Positions 29,646 to 38,486 are shown, counted from the first letter of the stretch. The stretch: 54,922 bases of DNA from Pseudomonadota bacterium (GCA_038630445.1 JBCBCO010000001.1:1-54922), one strand, 5' to 3'. The notes: generated from the sequence alone by a model not told the origin. A program made the numbers and translations.

Positions 29646-29708
29646 AATAATTCCATGCTGCGCCGCGGAAAAATGATAATGCGTCGCAACATATTTCTTA
29701 AAAATTTG

Positions 29709-30734
29709 TTAGGAATCAAGGAACTCCCCGCGGAGATCAACTGCACTTTCACCAGTCCCAATATAGGCTGCGCACTCGCCCAACCAGCGATCTGCCTCTT
29801 TGCGTCCCTTATCGCGAAGGTTTGTCAGAAAATGCCAGCCTGTGTCGTATTTCGTTTGCAGAGACAGGTCTCTTAGGATTTGGCCACCGCGCACAGCATG
29901 TACATTGAGACGGCGATATTTTTTCATAATCGGTTCTTTAAGCATGCCATCATCGATCAGTTTTTGAACAAAAGCGATGGCCCGTAGCTCGCCGATGAGA
30001 GACGCATTAAACGTAATCTCGTTCAGCCGGTCCTGAATTTCCGGAACACGGCGCGGCACGCCCGTTCGTCCAATCGGGTTTAACAAGACCAGAAGGACAT
30101 CTCGCGGGGCATCTGCATAGATCAATGGAAACAGGCTAGGATTGCCCATATAGCCGCCATCCCAATAGGCATGCCCGTCAATTTCAACAGCGCGAAATGT
30201 TTGCGGCAGGCAGGCGCTGGCGAGCACAGAATCTCTCGTAACCTCGTCGCCCGTGAAAACCTTAACGCGCCCGCTTTCAACATTGGTTGCTGATAAAAAC
30301 AGTTGGACGGGGGCTTTACGGACCAAGTCAAAATCGATTGCCCCATCGAGGGCATCCCGCAGTGGATTGAGGTCGAACGGATTAAACTCGTACGGACTGG
30401 CGATGGAGGTGAACGCCATAGCCGCATTGAACGGGCTAAACGGAAGGGAGGCAAATGGCGACTGCGTCCAGAGTGTGGTCGAAAATGGTGTCCCGATATC
30501 CGAGACGGTCCGCCAAAAGCTTTCTAAGCTTTTCCGCGCGCCCCCATTGCCGCCAGCAGCCATGCCAGCTGAGAGGGCCACCGCATTCATCGCCCCTGCC
30601 GAGGTTGCAGTGATCGCCTTAATCTCAATGGTGTCCTCTTCGAGTAGGCGATCCAACACGCCCCACGTAAAGGCACCATGTGCCCCGCCGCCCTGTAGGG
30701 CCAGACTGATCTGTCTAGGTTTGGCTCGCGCCAT
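29709..30734 (-). CDS. Patatin-like phospholipase/esterase (possible PHB depolymerase)
   Basis: LALQGGGAHGAFTWGVLD, TSAG nucleophile elbow, ASACLP, YWDGGY; start at MARAKPRQ. Confidence 0.88.
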   Translation of the reverse strand: MARAKPRQISLALQGGGAHGAFTWGVLDRLLEEDTIEIKAITATSAGAMNAVALSAGMAAGGNGGARKSLESFWRTVSDIGTPFSTTLWTQSPFASLPFSPFNAAMAFTSIASPYEFNPFDLNPLRDALDGAIDFDLVRKAPVQLFLSATNVESGRVKVFTGDEVTRDSVLASACLPQTFRAVEIDGHAYWDGGYMGNPSLFPLIYADAPRDVLLVLLNPIGRTGVPRRVPEIQDRLNEITFNASLIGELRAIAFVQKLIDDGMLKEPIMKKYRRLNVHAVRGGQILRDLSLQTKYDTGWHFLTNLRDKGRKEADRWLGECAAYIGTGESAVDLRGEFLDS

Positions 30735-30815
30735 AATAAGGGTCCTGTATCTTCTAGCCGCTACAAACTCGGTTGCCGACTGGCAGTTCAACGCTTGCCG
30801 TGCAATGCAGGGGCC

Positions 30816-31256
30816 ATGACGCATCTGTCAAACCCTATTCCGGCTGTTGGCTGTATCTGTTTTCGCGATGATGAAGTCCTGCTGGTGCGTCGCGGCAAAG
30901 CGCCTCGGGCAGGGGAATGGTCAATTCCCGGTGGTCGTGTCGAGCCCGGTGAGCCGGTTAGAGATGCTGTGCTGAGAGAACTTCAGGAAGAAACGGGTGT
31001 GACAGCAGAGCTTGTTGCTTTGGTTGATGTGGTCGATGCCGTCTTTGATAGCGAAGAGGAAGTGGCGTTCCATTACGTCTTGATCGACTATGTCGCGCGC
31101 TGGATCAGCGGAGAGCCTATCGCAGGCGACGACGCTATTGATACCCGGTTTGTTAAACTGTCTGCGCTAAAAGCGATCGAACTTTGGGATGAAACGCGAC
31201 GTGTCATCATTAAGGGTTACGAGATGATCCAGCAAGGAAATGGCGAAGACTGCTAG
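30816..31256 (+). CDS. NUDIX hydrolase (ADP-ribose pyrophosphatase/MutT-like)
   Basis: WSIPGGRVEPGE...RELQEETG, HYVLIDY, AGDDA. Confidence 0.88.
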   Translation: MTHLSNPIPAVGCICFRDDEVLLVRRGKAPRAGEWSIPGGRVEPGEPVRDAVLRELQEETGVTAELVALVDVVDAVFDSEEEVAFHYVLIDYVARWISGEPIAGDDAIDTRFVKLSALKAIELWDETRRVIIKGYEMIQQGNGEDC

Positions 31257-32554
31257 TGAGTGTTTTAAGCGTACTCAATTTATGGCCGCTATTCTTCAGG
31301 TCTGCACAGGCCGAGCCTGAAGCTGCGGAGGCGGCACCGCCTGAAGCCTCGATCGAGAAACAAACCGAACCGCCCCTGAATGAGCCTCAGCTCGAACAGG
31401 CACTGCCTTCCGAAGACACGGGTCAAGAGGTCACGATTGAGCGTACGCAAGACCCAATCGAAGCGATTGCGGAGACCACCGAGAAAGCAACGGAGGCCGC
31501 AACTGAATTTGTTGGCTGGGTCGGCTCTGGCGAATTAGAAGCCTTGATCGCGCTTGCACTCGTCATCGGGTTTACAGCCTTTCAGATTACCGCTCGTTGG
31601 CTGATCATGCGGTCCGTTAAACGCGTGCCACGCGATAATGATTATTCCCTCATCGCCATCGCCCAGCGTGTGGTGAAGCGCTTTCATATCTATTTCATCT
31701 TCGCCATCGCGTTGGCCGTTACGGATAGCATCTTGTCGCTACCGGGTGCAGTGTCCGGCTTCATTAGCGTCTATTTCGTTCTGGCGCTCGTCATTCAGAT
31801 CGCAGAATGGGTGCAGGAATTCGCGGTCTCTGCAATCAAACGCAGTGTTCACCGTGGTGGAGGTGACGCGAAAGCGCTCGCGTCTGCATTCAACATCATC
31901 AAATACTTTATCACTCTGATCATTTGGACGATCGCGCTTTTGCTGATCATGTCCAATGTCGGCATGGATGTGACCGCGCTGCTGGCGGGTCTCGGTATTG
32001 GTGGTATCGCGATTGGTATCGCGTCTCAGGGCATCTTCCGTGACCTGTTTTCATCTCTCTCGATCATTATCGACAAGCCATTTCAGATTGGCGATGAGGT
32101 GAGATACGGCGAAAGCTGGGGTCATATCGAAGAAATCGGGCTTAAGACGACGCGCATCAGAGCAAGGACAGGCGAACAGCTTATTATCTCGAATACAAAC
32201 CTGCTCGACTATGAAATTCGCAATATAAGCCGGATGGTCCGTCGTCGGATCGAAACTGAATTCGGCGTGATTTATCAGACGGATCCAGACATGGCTGATC
32301 GCATTCCCGGGATCGTAGCAGGCATGTTCAAGGATTTGCAGGGGGTTGAGTTCGATCGCTGTGGGATGTCGACTTTCGGACCCAGCTCGCTTGACTACAC
32401 GCTCGTCTTCTATTCGCTGAATCCGGATTATAACCGGTCAATGGCGGCGCGCTCGAAAGTGCTATTGGCTCTCTTCCGGACCTTTAAAGAACAAGGTTTA
32501 GAATTCGCGTACCCAACGCAAACGCTCTATCTTGAAGGCTTGAAAGACGACTAG
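31256..32554 (+). CDS. MscS family mechanosensitive channel
   Basis: LLAGLGIGGIAIGIASQ, DKPFQIGD, IGLKTTRIR, FAYPTQT. Confidence 0.92.
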   Translation: MSVLSVLNLWPLFFRSAQAEPEAAEAAPPEASIEKQTEPPLNEPQLEQALPSEDTGQEVTIERTQDPIEAIAETTEKATEAATEFVGWVGSGELEALIALALVIGFTAFQITARWLIMRSVKRVPRDNDYSLIAIAQRVVKRFHIYFIFAIALAVTDSILSLPGAVSGFISVYFVLALVIQIAEWVQEFAVSAIKRSVHRGGGDAKALASAFNIIKYFITLIIWTIALLLIMSNVGMDVTALLAGLGIGGIAIGIASQGIFRDLFSSLSIIIDKPFQIGDEVRYGESWGHIEEIGLKTTRIRARTGEQLIISNTNLLDYEIRNISRMVRRRIETEFGVIYQTDPDMADRIPGIVAGMFKDLQGVEFDRCGMSTFGPSSLDYTLVFYSLNPDYNRSMAARSKVLLALFRTFKEQGLEFAYPTQTLYLEGLKDD

Positions 32555-32569
32555 AGTGCTGGCCTAAGT

Positions 32570-32857
32570 CTACTCGACCGTCCAGCCGCGTGGGGTCTTA
32601 CGGGCTTCAAGTGTTAGACCTTCACCATCTTCGCGAACTGTGTAGCGCTCTGAGCGCTGCTTTGACCCGGTCAGCCGGATCAACAAAGCAGCCGAAGCAA
32701 TCACCATGCCTGCAATCGCGGTCATGACCGCCAGCAATCCGGCCAGAACAATAAGCGCGAGCGCAATGAGGCCTTTGGCAAACCAATTGAGGCCCTGTTT
32801 CAAACCCTCCATGAATGACATCATGAAACCGTTCGGATTTGTCTGCGTCGCTGTCAT
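32570..32857 (-). CDS. Small hypothetical membrane protein
   Basis: Long hydrophobic stretch followed by LEARKTPRGW; AAGG SD before MTATQTN; start uncertain. Confidence 0.6.
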   Translation of the reverse strand: MTATQTNPNGFMMSFMEGLKQGLNWFAKGLIALALIVLAGLLAVMTAIAGMVIASAALLIRLTGSKQRSERYTVREDGEGLTLEARKTPRGWTVE

Positions 32858-32927
32858 ACCAAATACCTTTCGTGTCAGATGATGGGTTGGCGGCTGCGTC
32901 TCGTCAATACTGTTCAAGAGAAGTTTA

Positions 32928-33629
32928 TCACCCGGCCGTCAAAAGACCTCTCTCTGCTTTGATTTTGGCAAAAGCGCCTGTAATTGCGGCAGCTTTGTCA
33001 TGAGCGGCTGTTTCAAATTCGCGTGGTGCCCCATTCTGGATCACGCGGTCAGGATGGTTATCCGCCATCAGTTTGCGATAGGCGCGCCGGATCAGATCGA
33101 AGTCGGCATCATGAGCAACGCCAAGAACATGATAAGGGTCATCGCGCTCAGGTCCCATATGGCTCGCCTTGATACGCCGGAAGGTCGCTTCGCTAAACCC
33201 AAACGCGGCTGAGACCGTTTCCAAATACTCCAACTCTTCCACAGTGACGATATTATCAGCTGTCGCGATCATGAAGAGCCCGTCGAGGACACCTTCAAGC
33301 AGACAGGGCCGGGCAGCGTATTTGCGCCCAATCTTCCGAGCATAGGACTCATAGCCTTTGACGGTCTGCTGGGCGAGATTGAATACGCGTCGTACCGAGG
33401 CAGCATCCTTTGAATCGGTTTGGAAGACCCGCGAGAACACCATGATCTCTTCATCAGAGACGCGGCCGTCCGCTTTCGCCATCTTAGCGCCAAGCCCGAT
33501 GACCGCTGCGGTAAAGCCAACATCATTCGGGTCAGGTGCACAATCGAGATCTGCAGGCACGGGTTCGTCGACGACATCCACGTCGAACAAGCGCTTTCCG
33601 CTCTCTATCAGGCGCTGCCAAATGTTCAT
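32928..33629 (-). CDS. DjlA-like co-chaperone (TerB-like domain plus C-terminal J domain)
   Basis: LGAKMAKADGRVS..E, DPYHVLGV, NHPDR (HPD motif). Confidence 0.88.
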   Translation of the reverse strand: MNIWQRLIESGKRLFDVDVVDEPVPADLDCAPDPNDVGFTAAVIGLGAKMAKADGRVSDEEIMVFSRVFQTDSKDAASVRRVFNLAQQTVKGYESYARKIGRKYAARPCLLEGVLDGLFMIATADNIVTVEELEYLETVSAAFGFSEATFRRIKASHMGPERDDPYHVLGVAHDADFDLIRRAYRKLMADNHPDRVIQNGAPREFETAAHDKAAAITGAFAKIKAERGLLTAG

Positions 33630-33832
33630 GTTATTGAGTATAGCCGCTAATTCTGAACAGTGTGAGGTCTAATCCCCTTAAACTTTATACGCTTCATATT
33701 ACAGCTTCAGATTTTTCGTCCGATACGCGGATTATTAATAACGGTTAAGATATAAACTATTCTATATCGTAGAGCGTACTCGTTATATCTCCGGTATGGT
33801 CCGGGGCTGAAAAATGAATGGAAATACTCCTC

Positions 33833-34414
33833 ATGAAACTTGCAACTCTCCTTGTCTCTGCCAGCCTTCTTGCTGCCCCGGCCTTCGCTGGCACGTGCAA
33901 TTCTTCAAAAGCAAAGACCGCTGATTACACCGCTTCAACGGCTCAATTCATCCCTGCTGGCCATCACAGCTCAACTGAAATGAAAGCGGAAAAGCCTGAC
34001 ATTGTCGAAACTGCCGCTGCCGCTGGATCCTTCAACACATTGCTTGCAGCTGCTGAAGCGGCTGGCTTGGTTGACGCCCTGAAGAGCGATGGTCCTTTGA
34101 CAGTCTTCGCGCCAACAGATGCTGCTTTTGCAGCCCTCCCGGCCGGTACAGTCGAAACATTGCTTCTGCCGGAGAATAAAGACGCACTCGCTGGTATCCT
34201 GAAGCTCCACGTGATTTCTGGTAAAGTAAAGTCTAAAGACCTCGCTGGAACTGTCACAACAGCAACAACTCTGAATGGCGATTTAAGCGTTGACGGCACG
34301 AGCGGTGTAACAGTGACAGCACCGGGTTCAACTGCGACCGTGACGGCGGCTGACATCTACACATCAAACGGTGTAATCCATGTCATTGATACGGTTCTGT
34401 TGCCAGCTGGTTAG
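33833..34414 (+). CDS. Exported fasciclin (FAS1) domain protein
   Basis: Signal peptide; [40 protein letters not shown]. Confidence 0.92.
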   Translation: MKLATLLVSASLLAAPAFAGTCNSSKAKTADYTASTAQFIPAGHHSSTEMKAEKPDIVETAAAAGSFNTLLAAAEAAGLVDALKSDGPLTVFAPTDAAFAALPAGTVETLLLPENKDALAGILKLHVISGKVKSKDLAGTVTTATTLNGDLSVDGTSGVTVTAPGSTATVTAADIYTSNGVIHVIDTVLLPAG

Positions 34415-34466
34415 TTTATAACATAGAATCGACATTCATCACTAAAAATAAAGTGAAAAACAGACT

Positions 34467-34497
34467 TGAACGGCCGTTCATTTTGAATGGCCGTTCA
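34467..34497. repeat. Tandem pair of 14-bp palindromes
   Basis: TGAACGGCCGTTCA-TTT-TGAATGGCCGTTCA. Confidence 0.85.
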
Positions 34498-34587
34498 TGT
34501 ATGTGAAGTTTTCTTTGGCTTCATAAATTATTTACCAGTCAGCCCTCAAATTATCAACGTAAAGTAGTGGTATCAAAGGGGTTTGAT

Positions 34588-34782
34588 ATGAAGAATTATT
34601 TTGACGAGTACGGTGCCCGTGAGTTGCAAGCCAAGATTGAGACGTACTGGAAAGAGCGCGGCCATGACGTTCAGGTCGATGTCGTACCCACTGAATACGA
34701 CGCTAAAGTGCGATCTGTTCGCTACGACGTCCGCAGTGCCTTGCTCAATGGGCTTCCAAGACGCGCCTCGAAGGCGGCCTAG
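34588..34782 (+). CDS. Small hypothetical protein (64 aa)
   Basis: AAGGGG SD; MKNYFDEYGARELQAKIETYWKERGHDV...DVRSALLNGLP looks protein-like; fills the intergenic space. Confidence 0.7.
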   Translation: MKNYFDEYGARELQAKIETYWKERGHDVQVDVVPTEYDAKVRSVRYDVRSALLNGLPRRASKAA

Positions 34783-35666
34783 TTTCCAGACTTTGTTGTT
34801 ACCGCAGCGCGCAAGGCAACAATCTCTTTCTTCATGCTTTTCAGCATCGCGATGATTTCATCGCGCTCAAGATCGGCGGCTGAAAACTCCTCATCCAGTT
34901 CTTCTTCAATCTCGTCGAGATGTTCATCCGTTGCAGCCCGCTCACTCGCAGCAAGGGCATCCACGATCAAGGCGATGAACAGGTTCAGGACGGCAAAGCT
35001 CGCGACAAAAATGAAGATCAGGAAAAAGAACGGGGCATAAGGATGCCCGTCATCGACAACCTTCTGAACCACTTCAAATCGCCAGCCGTCCATCGTCATA
35101 ACCTGAAATAAGGAATAGGCCGAGCTGGGCAAATCACCAAAGAGCTGGAGCACGTCCGGATTATCCGTATTACCAAACATAGTCGTCGCCATGACGGCAC
35201 CGACATAGGTCAGCAGTGCAAGGACAGCGACAATCGCTCCCATTCCTGGCAGCGCGTTCAACAAAGCCTCTGTTATCCGGCGCAGTGTCGGCACGACGTG
35301 CAGTAGACGCAACACCCTCAAGACCCGAAGGGCCCTAAGCACTGAGAATCCTTGCGTTGCCGGTATCAGTGATATGCCCACGACAATGAAGTCGAACCAG
35401 TTCCAGCCTTCCTTGAAAAACCGCAATCGATAAACGACGAGCTTCAGCGCGATTTCCGCTGCAAATATGATCGTAATCGTAACATCGAGCCAGAAGAGGG
35501 CACTAACAACGCCACCGGGCAAGCTCTCGGAATAGGTTAAAGCGCCAAGAATAATCGCATTTAAGATGATCAGACTTGTGATCGCATTGCGAAACGTCTT
35601 GCTCTCGATAAAAGATTCCAGCGCAGAATTACTGGTTTTGAGATCGAGTGTCCCTTGCTCCATCAC
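34779..35666 (-). CDS. Bacterial voltage-gated cation channel (BacNav-like, 6TM)
   Basis: WNWFDFIVV (S3), RALRVLRVLRLL (S4), LFQVMTMDGW pore, LNLFIALIVD (S6), C-terminal coiled coil. Confidence 0.92.
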   Translation of the reverse strand: MMEQGTLDLKTSNSALESFIESKTFRNAITSLIILNAIILGALTYSESLPGGVVSALFWLDVTITIIFAAEIALKLVVYRLRFFKEGWNWFDFIVVGISLIPATQGFSVLRALRVLRVLRLLHVVPTLRRITEALLNALPGMGAIVAVLALLTYVGAVMATTMFGNTDNPDVLQLFGDLPSSAYSLFQVMTMDGWRFEVVQKVVDDGHPYAPFFFLIFIFVASFAVLNLFIALIVDALAASERAATDEHLDEIEEELDEEFSAADLERDEIIAMLKSMKKEIVALRAAVTTKSGN

Positions 35667-35721
35667 ATATCCCCTCCGCTCTCAAGGATTTTGCGGAGCA
35701 TAGAGTACGCTGCTTGGGCAA

Positions 35722-36198
35722 TCAATCAGCAGATGTCGTCGTATCGCTAACGATTTTCCAACCTGCATCCATCCGCTTGAACACGAGTGTAAAGAGGCCG
35801 CTCGGCCGATCTTCCTCCCGTTGAAGGGCCCAACCCCCATGAACGATGGCTGCGTCCGCGGAAATGAGATCAACCTCTATGTCGCTAAAAGTCAGCGTTC
35901 CCATAATGGATTTGTCGGTATAGCGGGCATGGTAGCGATCTCGCGTCTGCTGCCATCCGCGTGTGATTGATCCACCGCTGGCAAAGCGCAGGTCCGGGTT
36001 CTGCCAATAGCCGAGCATAAAGCGGTCGATATCCCCATCATTCCAGGCACTCTGCTGCGCCATCAGGACAGCTGTGATCGCACGGGTCTCTTCAGCGTCC
36101 GCTTCAATGGGGACGGGAAGGCGTGTCCCGGTCTCTGCAATACAGGCCGGCAGCAAAACCGACCCGGCAAGAGCAATCAAAACAGGTTTTAGCGACAT
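35722..36198 (-). CDS. NTF2-like (DUF4440/YybH) lipoprotein
   Basis: Lipobox LPAC; AWNDGDIDRFM.GYW, G.FTLVFKR...GWKIVSD. Confidence 0.8.
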   Translation of the reverse strand: MSLKPVLIALAGSVLLPACIAETGTRLPVPIEADAEETRAITAVLMAQQSAWNDGDIDRFMLGYWQNPDLRFASGGSITRGWQQTRDRYHARYTDKSIMGTLTFSDIEVDLISADAAIVHGGWALQREEDRPSGLFTLVFKRMDAGWKIVSDTTTSAD

Positions 36199-36311
36199 CA
36201 GGTCAGCCTCCCAGCATGTTCAATATCAATCTGCCTTCCGATATAGGGAGGCGTCAATGCAGATGCACCTATGACTTGTTATGTGTCGCCAAGAATGAAA
36301 AACAGCCACTC

Positions 36312-37019
36312 ATGGCGAAGACATCGGATCATTCTCGTGTGCAAAAGACGTATGGCCGTCGTGGCGGGCGGCCTTTGTCATCTCGCCAGATGGCTTTGTT
36401 TGAAACCTTGTTGCCGAAATTGCGCGTTCCGGTCGATGGATCCGGTACGCTTGACCCGCAAACTTTGTTCGATCCTTCAAAAGACGAAGTCTGGCTTGAA
36501 ATTGGTTTCGGTGGTGGCGAACATGTCAGCGGACAGGCTATGCGCCACCCGAATGCTGGGATCATCGCAAGCGAAGTGTTCATCGAAGGTGTCGCGAAAC
36601 TGCTCGGCCAGATCGACGACCAAGGCTTAATAAATGTACGGCTCTGGGAAGAAGACGCGCGGGATTTGATGACCGGTCTCGCATCAGAAACCATAGACCG
36701 TGCCTTCATTCTTTTCCCTGACCCTTGGCCAAAGAAGCGCCAGCAAAAGCGACGGATTATTCAGCCGGATTTTCTGGACAGCTTAGCGCGATTGATGAAG
36801 CCGGGCGGCAAGGTCCGCTTTGCAACAGATGTGCGCTCATATGCCGATGAAGCGCTGGAGCGGTTTCTGGCTCACCCTGCCTTTGAATGGGGGGCAGAAA
36901 CAGCAGATGATTGGCGAAAACCGCCAAGCGATCATATCACAACGCGCTATCAGGCTAAGAATCTGGGCGACATCGTACCGGTCTATTTCGATTTCCGCTG
37001 TGATGCAGTCACGGCTTGA
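36312..37019 (+). CDS. trmB: tRNA (guanine-N7) methyltransferase
   Basis: LEIGFGGGEH, FPDPWPKKR, FATD; start placed at MAKTSDH. Confidence 0.93.
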   Translation: MAKTSDHSRVQKTYGRRGGRPLSSRQMALFETLLPKLRVPVDGSGTLDPQTLFDPSKDEVWLEIGFGGGEHVSGQAMRHPNAGIIASEVFIEGVAKLLGQIDDQGLINVRLWEEDARDLMTGLASETIDRAFILFPDPWPKKRQQKRRIIQPDFLDSLARLMKPGGKVRFATDVRSYADEALERFLAHPAFEWGAETADDWRKPPSDHITTRYQAKNLGDIVPVYFDFRCDAVTA

Positions 37020-37063
37020 CCTTTTTCGTCTCTTTTTGAACATTTCAAAAAAAGGGGACCACT

Positions 37064-37984
37064 ATGAAATATCTACTGGTAATCATCAGCATATTTAGCC
37101 TGCCATTTGTTGCTGGCGCTCAAACGGCAGCGCCTGACGTTACAGAAGTCGTGAGCGCATACGAGGCTTGGAAAGCGGATCCGAAAGACCGTAAAAAGAG
37201 AAAAGCAATCAAGGAAGCGCTCGCCGCTTATACGGGTGAGCCTGCTGTCGAAACTTTAAACGCGCACATTGGGCTGCTCGGCTATTCTCTCCAAAATGAT
37301 CGCCCGGGTATGTTGCGCGAAACAGCCATTGCGGCCGCGACACATTTGGAGCCTGTCGCAGATATTGTACCTCAGCAATATGGAGAAGCCGCTTACATCG
37401 CTGCCGCAGCCCTCTTCAATGATCAACAAGATCCTGACGCAATGCTTGAAATGGCCAACATTGAGGGGCGCATGTATGCGTTAAGAACAGGCGAGGGTGA
37501 TCGTCCTCAATTTGCGGAAGATCTCTATTGGCAGGCGCAAGCCTGGCGGGGGGCTATGGATGCCTATTTTACAAGCGCTGACCTTGAGCAAAAAGTCGAT
37601 CAAGAGAGTATCCAAGCCATTCTTGCGCGCTGGAATGCGACGGATGACGATATTAATTCGAGAGCTTCGAAAAGTGGTGAAACGAGCAAAAGGCTGCCTT
37701 TTTGTAAAGGTAAGCTGATCCAATCTCCCAGAATGAGATATCCAGGCCGGGCGTCTCGGAAGGGCATGCTCGGATCGCTCATTCTGAGGTATAATTTCGA
37801 TGCATCTGGACGTATCACTGAGCCACAAGTCCTAGCGTCAATTCCTTTTGATGATTTCGATGAAAGGGTTAAATCGACGGTCGTGCAATGGGTATGGCAG
37901 CCCGATAACGCTGAGAGCGTTGGGCAGACGTGTCGGGTCGAACGCCGTAACATTGTTCAGCAATTCATTTTCGCTCTGGACTGA
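37064..37984 (+). CDS. Exported protein with C-terminal TonB-like domain
   Basis: Signal peptide, helical middle region, YPGRASRKGMLGSLILRYNFDASGRI...W C-terminus. Confidence 0.7.
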   Translation: MKYLLVIISIFSLPFVAGAQTAAPDVTEVVSAYEAWKADPKDRKKRKAIKEALAAYTGEPAVETLNAHIGLLGYSLQNDRPGMLRETAIAAATHLEPVADIVPQQYGEAAYIAAAALFNDQQDPDAMLEMANIEGRMYALRTGEGDRPQFAEDLYWQAQAWRGAMDAYFTSADLEQKVDQESIQAILARWNATDDDINSRASKSGETSKRLPFCKGKLIQSPRMRYPGRASRKGMLGSLILRYNFDASGRITEPQVLASIPFDDFDERVKSTVVQWVWQPDNAESVGQTCRVERRNIVQQFIFALD

Positions 37985-38017
37985 TCGGCCGTCCGTTGGT
38001 GATGCTTTGTTCTTAAC

Positions 38018-38190
38018 TTGACCTGCCTTGGATTATGTGAGCCTAGACGCCACATCGAATACGGCCGGTCTGAATTGAGAAGACCCCGCCAGACCGGCGG
38101 TTAATTGAAGTCCCTACCCATCCGTTTTCGAAACCTCCGCCACCGCCTGCGCTGTGCAGGGCCGGAGCGGGCAACCGAAAGGGTCCTTCA
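38018..38190 (+). promoter_or_regulatory. Promoter and long structured 5' UTR of the cold-shock gene
   Basis: TTGACC at 38018; GCCGGTCTG (38064-72) pairs with CAGACCGGC (38090-98); roughly 135-nt leader typical of csp mRNAs. Confidence 0.55.
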
Positions 38191-38400
38191 ATGGCCACCG
38201 GAAAAGTAAAATGGTTCAACGCCACAAAAGGTTTCGGCTTCATCGTTCCTGATGAAGGCGGAAGCGATGTGTTTGTACACATTTCAGCGGTCGAACGCTC
38301 AGGCCTGACAGGTCTCGCTGATGACCAGGCGATTGAGTACGAACTCTATCACGATGAGCGCCGGAATAAGACGTCTGCTGTTGACCTGAAGCTTTTATAG
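38191..38400 (+). CDS. Cold-shock protein (CspA family)
   Basis: GKVKWFNATKGFGFI, DVFVHISA. Confidence 0.96.
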   Translation: MATGKVKWFNATKGFGFIVPDEGGSDVFVHISAVERSGLTGLADDQAIEYELYHDERRNKTSAVDLKLL

Positions 38401-38422
38401 TTTGATTTCAAACTAATTAACG

Positions 38423-38462
38423 GACCGTCGCTTTCAGACATGAAGGCGGCGGTTTTGTTTTT
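38423..38462 (+). terminator. Intrinsic terminator of the csp gene
   Basis: GACCGTCGCTTTCA-GACA-TGAAGGCGGCGGTT hairpin followed by a T-rich tail. Confidence 0.8.
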
Positions 38463-38486
38463 GGAGGGGGAGCGGCAAGAGAAGTA

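Noticed and set aside
29709-31256. Patatin plus NUDIX as a CBASS-like or other defence module
   Set aside because: No CD-NTase or other defence genes nearby; the genes are divergent and the patatin is the common LALQGGGAHGAFTWG housekeeping type.
32928-33629. TerB-domain protein as part of a tellurite-resistance or anti-phage ter cluster
   Set aside because: It has a C-terminal HPD J-domain (DjlA-like) and no other ter genes are present.
33735-33748. CtrA full site TTAA...TTAA upstream of the fasciclin gene
   Set aside because: The spacer is 6 nt rather than the canonical 7, in an AT-rich background; at best a half-site.
34572-34587. FNR/FixK box
   Set aside because: The half-sites are in the wrong order and spacing (ATCAA-N6-TTGAT rather than TTGAT-N4-ATCAA).
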